From assembly GCF_009914755.1 (NCBI RefSeq), contig NC_060931.1: a DNA stretch of 64,000 nucleotides. The stretch is one strand, 5' to 3'. Positions within the stretch are counted from its first letter, which is position 1; each line of letters opens with the position of its first letter. The translations under genes and the position numbers were made by a program. Positions 43,550 to 57,432 of the stretch are shown in pieces. The notes below the pieces were generated by a model. It had not been told where the DNA came from. It saw nothing but the letters and a program-made list of their open reading frames with translations, and ran no database searches. This stretch comes from the human T2T-CHM13v2.0 reference genome, Homo sapiens.

Positions 43550-46500
43550 AAAAATGGAATACTGAATAAATGTCTAGTAACCCAACAGTAGGAAGAAGGC
43601 CAGCATAAATAATCAATCTATTAAAATAATAACCTACTGCATGGATAAGATCTCAATATCAAACTTATTTTAAGACTACTGTAACTAAGACATGGTGGCA
43701 TTTTTCTGCAGCAGTAAACCAATCAAGCAATAGAATGGAGTGGAGATTACAAAAATATACATTCCCACAGATGAACACTTGATTTAAAACTAAATTGACA
43801 CTGCAGAGTAATAAAGACAAAATTTATGTTTTAATTTAATATTGAATTTATTGAATATCAGCATCAAAATTAATAAAAATGATACCTATTTTATACCATA
43901 AGAAGTCAATTTTGGATCAATTTTTATCAAAATGTCAATGTAGAAAATAAAATTCTAGAAAAATACTATAAGCAGCTCTATATTCTTGGTATAGAGAAAT
44001 ATTCTCCAGATAAGACACAAAAACATTCATCATAATTGAAAATATTGATAAATTCAACTACATTAAAATTAACAACCATAGTTTCTCAAAATACATCATT
44101 TTGAGAAGGAAATGGCAAGCTATACAGTGAGAGACTATGTCTACCAATCTTATAACCATCATAAAATTTGTGTCTGGAACATATGGATAACTTCTAAAAA
44201 TAAATTACTCAAAAATCAACAACACAAGAGACAAATGGTCAAAGTATGCTGAAATGTTGCATAAAATAGATAGTATATGAATGGTAAATGAAAATGTGAA
44301 AGGTGTTCTAGCTCATAAGTATTATCAGAAATGAAGGTTTAAACCACAGTAAGATTTTCACTGCCACCTTTCATGGTATGCCTTGTGGAAGACCAATGCT
44401 CCAGTTTGAGAATAGCTAAATAAAGAATTTTACACACACATATATTCTCTTTATAATTATATTTAATTTGTTTAAAATCTTGGAACATGCCAAGGCACCA
44501 AGGACTTGAGGAGCAAAAGCATAGAAGGAAACAGAGCCTTCTGAACACTGCTTATTCCTCCCACCACATGTGGTTCTTGGAGCAAGGAGGCAGGCCAGAA
44601 TTGTCCAGAAAGTCCAGGTATCTCTCAGAGCTTCAGGCAATATCATGGAGGCATAAAGGAAAATAAATTAGGGTTTCATTCTGTCAAGGCAGATAGAACA
44701 TGAGGGCCCAGGATCCTAAGGAGAAAGAGGGCTGAAAAGAAGTGCTACCAACACTCACCACCTATTTTCCCTTGAGATGATCAATCAGCCTTCCATGCCA
44801 AGAAACAAAAAATTCAAGCACAGTGACTGAATAGCAAGCAGAGATTTTAGCAACCTCATGCTGATGGTGGACAGAATTGGAATTCAGGAGCCATCAAAGG
44901 AGAGGAATCGTAGAAAAGGCCACAGGAACTCAGTTGGGACCCCTGGAGCACCAGATTCTAGGAGTGGGGGTAAACCAGAAGTAAAACAAGTCATGAAAAG
45001 CCAGCAAGCTAACCCTAAATGGGCTCCTGGACTGTATTGGATGGAGATATTTTGCCTCTTTGCTGCCTACCAGAGGAATTCTATTCCCAGAGATAATAAT
45101 CTTCAAATGTGAAAGCACCATAGACTTTTAATGGGAATGATTTACATGAGCATGAAAACAGAAACCATGATGGTAGACTTAAATACAAATATAATAGTAA
45201 TTACTTTAAACTTAAATACATAAAAAGCTCCAATTGAAAGACAATTGCTAGGCAGATTAAAAGACCAGATCTTGTGCTTACAGAAGACATGTTTAAACAA
45301 AGTTTGAAAGTAAAGGTTGAGAAAAAATATCTTACGCAAACATTAACCAAAAGGACTGCTGTAAATATATTAGTAAGATTACGGGAAAACATATTACTGA
45401 GACATAAGGAGGGACATTTCAAAATAACAAAAGGGTCAACTAAATAGGGAGGTATTAAAATCTTAAAATCCCCTGCATCTATTAACATTGCTTGAAAATA
45501 TGTAAAACAAAGTTGAGAAATGAACAAATTCATAGCCATCACTTGAAAATTTAATAAACTGGTCTCAAGAACAGAAAAAGCAAAACAAATCAGTAGAGTT
45601 ATTGAAACTATAAAGAAAAGTGTTAATAAACTTGATTAACTTGGTATATATATGGAACATGTCAACCAACAACTTCAGAAATGTATTATTTTCAAGTGAA
45701 AATGGAAAATTTACAAAATCCATCATATGCTTTGCCTTAAAGCAAGTCATGAGAGATTTCAGATGATTCAATTGAAGTGAGTTTGCTATCTAATCACTTT
45801 GGAAATAAGGTAGGCAGAAATTTATAACTAAAGGAAAACTAGAAAATTCCTAAATGTTTGGAAACAAAACAATAAATCAATACTAAATACTCATAGGTCA
45901 AAGAAATTAGCTTAAAAATAAACTAAACAAATTAAACACAATGTAATAGAAGAAAGGAAGCTATGGCAATAAGAGTAGAAATCAATAGAAACATATGCAC
46001 ATTTAAGAAAAGTTAACAAAGTCATAATTTAGTCCTTTGAAAAGAACTTAATGGTGAAATACTGAAAATGTTTCCCTTGAGATCAGTACCTATAAAATAT
46101 ATCCACTATAAATTCTTCTTTTCCTCTTGTACTACACCTTCTAGAATGTGAAATAAGGCAAATAAAAAATATGACAACATACTTGTATGTGGAATATGCA
46201 ACATACTCTTCAGTTAAACTATTAGAATTTAGTAAGTGGCTTTAGCGGTTCAGTTTATACGAGATCAATACACACACAAACACACACATCAATTTTGCCT
46301 CTTTATGCCAACACTAACATGCTGGGAACTGAAATTGAGGGAAGAAATCACTTATGAATGGATTAATCAACATCAAATACTTAGGAATAAATCAAATAAA
46401 GATTTGCATAACCTCTACATAGAAGATGGAACTCAATGGACGGACATATCATATTTGTGGACTGGAAACCTCAATATGGCATTTTGAAAATGACAGTTCT

Positions 46501-47140
46501 CATCAAATTGATGTATAGATTAGATGTAATCCCAATGACTGTCTTGGCAACCTGTATGTATCTGTGCATATAAACTGGCAAGCTACAATAACTCTAAAAT
46601 TTGTATCATAATGCATAGAGTCAGTAAGAGACAAGACAGTCTCGGAAAACAACCAAGCTAGAAGACTTATACTACTAAAGAGCAATACTTATTATAAACT
46701 GTCGTAATTCAAACACTGTGATGTTGGTGAGAGAATAGACAAGTGTACCAATAAAAAAGAATAGGGCTCCAGAAACAGAGCGACACAATGTCACTTGGTA
46801 TATGATAAAAATAAAACTGCATAATGGATGGTCTTATCAATACCAACACTGGATTAATTCCCCAGTTATAGGAGAAATAAATTTTGATTAAACAGCCAAA
46901 AATCTAGTCTAGATGAATTTGATTATTAAAATCTAGTTATAAAGGTAAAACAAGCCTCTAGAAGAAAACAAAGAACACCTTAGTGTTGTTCATGTAAGCA
47001 AGATTTATATAGGAAAATATAAAGTGGAAACCACACAAAAGCTGGAAAAATAAACAAAATTAAAATTATGAATATGTTTATGAAAAACACAAGACAGTTC
47101 AAAGAAAACCCTCTGATTAGAGGAATTATTTGTAACACAT
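43550..47140 (+). mobile_element. Mosaic of old L1M fragments
   Basis: A-rich sense strand with degenerate ORF2 motifs (GAGACATAAGGAGGGACATTTCAAAATAACAAAAGGGTCAA, ACTTATTATAAACTGTCGTAATT). Confidence 0.75.
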
Positions 47141-48212
47141 AGTCTTTGAAATTGTTTTAGTAGCTATTTAGAAACACTACAAGCATATTTATATACTTTA
47201 TGATTTTATAATGAAAGAATTTAGGGATATTAATTCACTCACAAGTACCCAGCATAATTTTATTTATTTTAATATTTTCTAGAGAGTCTACGAATAGAGA
47301 CACTATTTCCTCTCTGACAATATTCTTATGGTTGTGTTTATTGATTTCTAAGTAATTCATAATTTCAACTATTTGCTGTATATTTCTAAATACACTTCTA
47401 GTTGTATTCATTTTGTTAAACAAGATATCCAGTACAATTATTGTTCTTCAAAATTAATAAGGTTACCTTTGGAGAACTATTACATAATGCAGTTGTCATA
47501 TATTTATTGTATTTGCCTTAAAAGGAAATTTTACAGCATCTTATTAGCTAACCAAAATTTTTTAAATTAATTATACAAATTTTATAAATTATATATAGTT
47601 ATTAATAATCATTCAATTTTCTCTTCAAGTCCTCTATATTGCTGTATTTCTGTTTCTTTCCTCTGGCAAAAGTCTATAAATTACAATGTTTGGGACCCAA
47701 ATGTTCTGGATTTTTATAACTTTTTGTGATAATTTTTGGCTTATTAAAAATAAACTGTTTCTACAATTTCATGCTTGCTGTCTTCTAATTTTATTTTGTC
47801 TCATTTAATTTTCTTTCTTTATGTTTCCAGAACTCACTTCTTTCATGGGGAATTCTGTTCCGCCATTCTACACATTTATTTGTTAGGAAACAATTCTTCT
47901 TAGGTCTCCGGTGTTTCTGCACATCATGTACCAGCTTTTGTTCCAGAATGTCTTTGCAAAGATGTTTGGGTAGCATATATCTTTGAAGACAGAAATAGTG
48001 TTTCCCTTCAGAATAGAGGGCAAATTTGTTTGCCTTTCAAGATACTTAAAATTTCTTTCTCCAGGACAAATTCTGGGTAGGTGTGCTTGCACTTCCTTTA
48101 AGAATTGGCTTTGCCCAAGCCTGGGGATCATCGTACATGATGTACACCCAGTGTGTGTGCAGCAACCTTCGGAGCTTTGGTGCCAAAGGGAACTGATACA
48201 AATATGAATCTC

Positions 48213-50150
48213 AGAAAATTCCATTCACAGTGGCTTCAAAAATAATGAAAGATTTAGAAATACATTTAGCAAAAGAAATACAAAACTAATAATATGAAAA
48301 CTACAAAATGTTGTTAACAGAAAATAAAGATGATCTAAATAAATGCAAAAACATCGTACGTTCAGAAATTGAAGACTTAATATTTTTAAATGGCAAAAAA
48401 TCACTAAGCCGATCTACAGATTTACCACCGATGCTGTCAGAATTCCAGCTTTCTTTCTTGTAGAAATTGACAAGCTGATTCTAAAATTCATACAGAATTG
48501 CAAAGGACTCAGAACAGCCAAAATAATCCTGTAAAAAGAAGAATAAAATAGGAGACATAAGTGGAAGAGCTAAAACTTTAAAATGCTTGGGACAAAAACA
48601 TGGGCATAAATATTTATGATCTTGGATTTGGCACTGGATATACCTAGATATGACATGAAAGGTCCAAGAGATGAAAGAAAGAAGAGAAAAGATAAATTTG
48701 ACTTCATCAAAATTTTAGAAATTGTTCATCAAAAGATCTTAAGATCATCTTAATGATGCTGGTGTAGGCAAGATTTATATTAATGTAATATAATATATAA
48801 TATTATATATAATATAGATATATTACATTAATATAAATCTTGCCTACACCAGCATCATTAAGATGATCTTAAGATCTTTTGATGAACAATATTTAATATT
48901 ATATATATTATATATAATATATTATATAATATAGATATGTATTATATCTATATATAGATTTAAGTTATGTAATTCAATAAATGTAATATGTAGATTTTTG
49001 CCAGAGGAAAGAAACAGAAATACAACAATACAGATGACTTGAAAAGAAAATTGAATAACTATGAATAAATATATATAATAATTTATAAACTGTATAACTA
49101 ATATAATAAATGTTGATTAGCTAATTAAACTACCATAATAGTTTCTTTTAAGGCAAGAAAGTGATTCTTCAAGATCCTTCAAGTGATCCTATCTCCATCA
49201 AGAAAATGAAAACACAAACCACGGAATGGTAGAAAATATTTGTTAATCATATATCTAAGAAACTTGTGTCTAGAATACATAAGGAACACTTACAAGTCAA
49301 TAATAAAAAAAAGCCCCATTTAAAAATGAGCAAAATACTTTAGCCATTTCTCAAATGAAAATAAACAAAAGATGGTCAACATCACTAGTTTTGAGGGAAA
49401 TACTAAAAAACAAAAACCACAGTGAAATACTATTTCACACCATTAGGATGACTAGGATCAAGAACACAGATCATAACAAGGATTGGTGAGAGCGTGGAGA
49501 AATTGGAACCCTTACACACTGTTGGTGGGAATGTAAGTGGTGCAGTCACTTTGGAAAACAGTCCGGCTGTTACTCAAACAATTAAATACAAAGTTACCAT
49601 ATGACCCAGCAATTCAACTCCTAGGTATATAACCAAGATAAATAAAAATTAATATCTATATAAAAGCTACACAAAAATGGTCATTAATCATAGTAGCCAA
49701 AAAGTAGAAATAACTCAAATGTCCATTGACAGATATATGGATAAACAAAATGTAATATAGCCATACATTGGAATATTATTTGGACGTAAAAATAAAGTAT
49801 TAACACATGCTACAATATGGGTGAAACTCAAAAGCATTACGCCAAATGAAAGAAGTTAGTCAAAACTTTTACAAACTATTATTTCATTCACATCGAAGTA
49901 AAAAACAGGGAAATCTATAGAGACAAAAAGTAGATTAAATGCTTTCTTAGGGCTAAGGGAAGGGGAATAGACAGTTGGAGGAATGGACATCTAAACGTTT
50001 CAGAGATTTTTTTAAGGAAACGAAAATCTAAAATTGACTGTGAAGATGGTTGCACATATCCGTGAATATATTGAAAAATATTCCTTTGTACACTTTAAGT
50101 GCGTGAATTATATGGTTTGCAAATTCTGTCTCAATAAATCTATTTTTACA
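48213..50150 (+). mobile_element. L1MB-type 3' fragment inserted in the LTR
   Basis: ORF2 C-terminal and 3'UTR motifs ending TCTCAATAAATCTATTTTT. TSD ACAAATATGAATCTC / ACAAAACATAAAGCTC. Confidence 0.88.
48721..48890. repeat. Perfect inverted repeat, 72-bp arms with a 26-bp AT spacer
   Basis: 48721-48792 is the exact reverse complement of 48819-48890, checked base by base. Confidence 0.98.
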
Positions 50151-52049
50151 AAACATAAAGCTCAGGCTGCATGCTGCACCACTAGTAACAATGTCCTTTG
50201 TTTTTACTCTGGAAACTTATGTCTTTTGCCAGCATCCATGAGTCTGTGGCAGCCTGACCCTCATAAGTAGGATAAAATCTCAGAGCCTTCACCTTTCTTA
50301 ATAATATTTCCTTAAGAAATTTTCAACATTTCAACACTTCTGCCTTCTCTGAGCGGAATCATCTTGGGTGGAAACCTGGCTGGAGTCAGGACAGTGAACT
50401 TTCCCTGTACTCTGGAGCTTAAGCCTGTGCTAAAGCTGTACGATGTAAATTTAGAAACTTTCAGGGGCTACATTTAACTGATTGTGGAATAAAAATTAGT
50501 TTTTAATGAGAAAGAAGAGAGCTAAAAGAAAATAATCAATATTGTAGTGTTCCTGAAGTCCAGTCTGAACCTGGCCCTTCCTATCTATGGCTTGGCTGTT
50601 CCATGGAAATACCCCACATTCTTCCAATAACTACATATTTTTGCTTCATGTAACTACTAAAAGAACCTGTACTATTTTAATTTTAAGCAATTATTTTAAA
50701 TTAAGTGAAAAAAATTACATATCCTTTTCTTCATCATCATCCTATACTTTGCCAAGGCATTGCCTTTTTTTAAACATTTTATTTATATGTGTTATTCTAA
50801 ATGTAATAGTTGTTATTTTGTTCAATTTTATTATCAGAGATATAAATAAAAGGTTTAAAGTCACCTCCACTGTTGTGAATTACCATGGTAGTCTTTCTAC
50901 AGTATGACTAATTCAATCTTGAACTATTGCTTTGGATGTATTCATCAACATCCAAATAGGTCGAATTACACATTTAAGCCAGCTCTTTGGAAAGAAAAAG
51001 CAGACAGCATAATTTTTTAATTATTGTATATTGTCAACACTCTTTATTTTAACATCTAAATCTGCTTTAATTATACAGACATTACCCACATAACATCAGC
51101 CATTTGGCACCAAACACTAACTTAATACCCATTTCTGATTAACTGTCAAAAAATAGAATGTGTTGATGACAACCCAAAATCCCCAACCAGTTTCTTAACA
51201 CAAAGTGAAAGAACTGTGTATAACAAGTCTTCATGTTTAAAATGTAAAAGGCTTAAGAACCTTCTCTTTAGGATCAACAAATTAACAAGGCTATTTACTG
51301 TTACCTCATATGTGTTAACAAGGTCTCTCAGTGCCCACAGCGTTAGAGAGACACACACACTGTTAACACCGCAACAAATTTCGCAGCGTTACCCTTGACA
51401 ATGATGAATTAACACTTGCACTTGGAATGAAATGTAAGATGATTTTTTTCCTTCACTTTGTTTTGTTAAAAACATCATATAGAGTGGTAGGGCAGTAATC
51501 ATACATTTTTCAAAATGTACTTCTCAAAGATGATGTATTATAAATCATGTGCATTTTATGTAGAACAGAGATTAAAAACAAGGACTATAGTGCCCGGAAA
51601 TAACTAGAGAGACTTATTGCAATATATGCCTTCATTATCTGGGCACAATAATTTCTCTTCCAACTTTTGAATGTACATTTTCTAACTTTGGTTCGATGAT
51701 GTCATGTATAAGCCAACTTCATTTTTATACCTCTGTAAATAACCTGTAGGATTTTGACCTGAATGGAAATTGGCTATATCTGGAGATTGTTTTTAATAAA
51801 AAATCACATGAAAACATATACTAATGCTTTTAATAATCTTTTTTGAGCATCTCCTCTCTGCCAGATACTAGACAAGGATGCAGTGGCCCTCAGAGGCCCA
51901 ATAATTATATGATTATCACTGATTAGTTGGTTGTTTTGTGTTTGTTTGTTTGTGGGTTGTCAGGGTGATTTTTCTTTGCATGTTAATCAGTATCTTAGTA
52001 CAGACTCTTAGAAAAAAATTTTCTTTCATGTATTTTGTAGTACAAAGAG

Positions 52050-52450
52050 TTAAAGATCTAGACTCAAAAGATGAAAGTATAGGCCAGTTTTTCCACCTTT
52101 TCTTTGAGAGACCTTAGCTATTGCATATTATGGTCTGAGACTCAGTTTACAAATGTAAAATGAGGACAATAGAGATACTCAAATGGCTAAAGAAATAAAA
52201 CATATACAACAGTGAATATTTAAAGGAAGAGCATAATGCAATGGATAGAGATTAAGCCTTGGAATCTGACAAAATGCACACTTGATTCTCCATTAATGAA
52301 TGTGTGCAATATTTTTGGCCTTTTATGAGCCTCATTTTCCTCACCTGTAAAATAAGCCTACTTTGCAGAGTTGCAGTGACGATACAGAGAATGAGATACC
52401 ATTTCCTTTACCCAGTAAACTGGCACCTAGAAATTTCAATGTATGCATTA
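52050..52450 (+). mobile_element. Two MIR fragments
   Basis: TCTGAGACTCAGTTTACAAATGTAAAATGAGG and TGAGCCTCATTTTCCTCACCTGTAAAATAAG. Confidence 0.8.
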
Positions 52451-53028
52451 GCAGTCCACATTATCTTCATTTTTGTTAAGGTGAAAGTTTTAATTTATAT
52501 AATATACTACCCAAATGTTAGAGATCAATGTGGACATAATAACAAATAAAATTTAAAATGTTTCTGGGCTAAAATTTTTCCTTAATGCTTAAGTGTGAGT
52601 ATGAGTGTGTGTGCATGTGTGTGGTACCTCTCCAGGGCCTCATTGTCTACTGCTGTTGTTTGGGAAAAAAATAAAAATAAAAAAAATACAAAACAACCAA
52701 GGGAAGTGGGTTATAGAGTGACGCGCAATTATATATTATCAGGAAAATACACTTTTAAAAAACATAGTAATTAGAAGAGTAACATTAAGTCGGATGTTAT
52801 GGAGACCATTACAATCTATTTTCCATATAACTCTCAAATGAACAATGATGAGCTTGGGTTTGAGAGGAAAGCAATTTGGTTCTCACTGGGTCCTGCCTAA
52901 CTGAGCTGTTGAAATGACTCACTATGTCTCTGTCAGGGTGCTTTATTTGTAGGTCATGCTGGCCTAAGATAACATACACAGTTACTGGCTATTCACAAAG
53001 AGAAATTTGGCCTTTTTGTGTCATTGAG

Positions 53029-54663
<1,635 letters not shown>

Positions 54664-55577
54664 GGCTCTCACTTCCACATTTTCTAAGGATATATGAAAT
54701 ATATGAAGTTCCCTATGTCTTCCTGATTTTGTCCGTTAAAGATAATTTCAAATGGCCTTAATTTCTAGACTAATAAACTGTTTTTTTCTGTTATGAATAT
54801 ATGCTTCTCTCTGTATTATTTTAATTTTCATCACCATGGAAAGTGTCTACCTGAAGCTGACAAACACATATTTAGTACAGACAAAAGGTTAAGGAAAAAT
54901 AAATCCATTCTTAAGGTCAAGATTACAAAGAATATAAAACTTAAGAACAGAGCAGGTATCAGAGATGTTTCATTTGTAAATAAATAAATGACATGAAACT
55001 TAAACATTTTTAAAATGGAATCAATTGTTCAGAATATACTCAATAAAAATGATAGTACAGAATAAAGTGGTACTCCAAAGGGTTTATTGATAATAGCTTT
55101 TTTAGACCATAGGATTAGATTTGTAACAAGCCAATTAAAAGAAAAGTGTGAAATTAGATAAATGCCATGATCTATATGGCAAAGTAATTTGCATTTGGGC
55201 TGAAGTTTTAATAGAACATAAAAACACAGAACTATACAAATGATATGTTCTATGAGTGGGACACAGAAGTACTTTCAAAGAATCATTACCTCACAGGCAA
55301 AAATTATACAAGGAAAAAGATTAATAGGTGTGAACTATTTTGTGTTTAAAGTTGCAAACACGCTGTGTCTAAAAGTTCACCAAACACAAAATTTAAAAAT
55401 AAAAAATTGAAAGATATTTTCAAATAAGTATTAAGTATTCCTTATAAAACACTCTTACAAAAGAGTGTTAAAGTTAGCTCAATAGAAAATGAGCAAAGAC
55501 TTTGAACAGATAATGTGCAAAGAAGAAAACAAAGAAAATCAGGTTATGTAATGTTCATTAAAAATTAAAGAAAAGCA

Positions 55578-57430
55578 TGATCAAGCTGAGAACCAAATCA
55601 AGAAGTTAATCTCATTTACAATAGCTACAAAAAAATAAATAAAATGCCTAGGAGTCCATTTAATCAAGGAGGTGAAAATCGCTACAAGCAAAACTACAAA
55701 ACCCTGATGAAAGAAAGTGTTGATGACACAAGCAAATGGAAAAATTCCATGCTCATGAATTAGAAGAATTAATATTATTAAAACGACCATCCTGCCCAAA
55801 TCAATCTACAGATTCAATGCAATTCTGACCAAAATACCAACATCATTTTTTACAAATCCTAAAATTCATATAAAACAAACAAACAAACAAAAAAAGCCTG
55901 AATAGCCAAAGCAATCCCAAACAAAAATAACACAGTTGGAAGCATCACATTACCTGACTTCAAATTATACTACATGGCTACAATGACCTAAATAGCATGA
56001 TATTAGTATAAACACAGACACATAAGTCAATGGAACAGAATAGAGAACCCAGATATAGAACCACATACCTGCAGTCGACTTATCTTTGACAAAGTTAACA
56101 AAAACATACATTAGGGAATGGACACCCTATTAAATAAAGTGTGCTGGAAAAATTGGATTGCCACATGCACAAGAATGAAATTGGACTCATCTCTCACCAG
56201 ATCCAAAAATTAACTCAAGATACATTAAAGACTTAAAAGTAAGGCCTGAAACTATAAAAGTACTAAAAGAAAATCTAGGAAAAAAGCTTTCCTGGACATT
56301 GACCTTGGCAAATAATAAATGATTAATACCTCAAAAGCAAATGCAACAAAAACATAGACAAATGGGACTTAATTAAACTAAAATATCTGCACAACAATAG
56401 AAATAATCAACCAAGTGAACAGACAACCTGCAGAATGGTAAAAATATTTGCAAACTATGCATCCAACAAAAGACTAATATCCAAAATCTACAAGGAACTC
56501 AAACATCTCAATAATAACCAAAAAACACTGCAAATAACCCTATTAAAAAGTGGGCAAAGGACAAGGACAGACATTTTAGAAAAGAAGACATAGAAATGGC
56601 CGACAAGCATATGAAAAACATCACTAATCACCAGAGAAAGGTACGCTAAAACCACAGTGAGATACCATCCTACACAAGTCAGAATGGCTTTCATAAAAAA
56701 TTCAAAAAGCAATAGATGTTGGCAAGGATACAGACATAACAGTGTGCTTATATCCTATTGGTGTGAATATAAATTAATAAACCTCTGTGGAAAATGTGTG
56801 GACATTTGTCAAAGAGCTAAAAATAGAACTCCTATTCAATTCAGCAATCCCACTACCAGTAATCTACTCAAAGGAAAAGAAATCATTATACCCCCAAAAT
56901 ACCTGAACTTGTATGTTTAGTAGAGTGTTATTCACAAGAGAAAATGTATGGAATGAACCTGTGCCCATTGATAGATGATTGGATAAAGAAAATGTGGTAT
57001 GTGTATATAAGTATACTATAGAATATATGCTATGTATATATTTTAATGTGCATATATACATTAGAATATATATATATACACACATACCACAGAATACTAC
57101 CCAGTCATAAAAAGAATGATATCTATATCTTTTGCAGCAACATGGATGAAACTAGAGGCCATTATCATAGGTGAAATTATTCAGAAGCATAAAGCCAAAT
57201 ACCACATGCTCTCACTTACAGGTGTGAGCTAAACAATGAGCACACATGGAATAGAAAGTGGAATAATAGAAAATGGATACTCAGAAAGGTGGCAGGAGTT
57301 GGAGGGGGGTGAGAGATGAGAAATAACTTGATGGGTACAATATACACTATTAGGGAGATAGTTACACCACTATGCTACCTATCTATGTAACAAAACCGCA
57401 CTTGTACCCCTTAAATAAATAATTAAAAAG
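55578..57430 (+). mobile_element. 5'-truncated L1PB4/L1MA-type element
   Basis: ORF2 C-terminus and 3'UTR ending GTAACAAAACCGCACTTGTACCCCTTAAAT. Confidence 0.92.
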
Positions 57431-57432
57431 AA

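Larger units (their letters stand above)
47881..50303 (+). mobile_element. ERVL solo LTR (LTR40/41-like): halves 47881-48212 and 50150-50303, split by an L1
   Basis: Starts TGTTAGGAAACAATTCT..GGTCTC..GTTTCTGCAC and ends TGCCAGCATCCATGA...TAAAATCTCAGAGCCTTCAC. TSD TTATT/ATATT. Confidence 0.8.
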
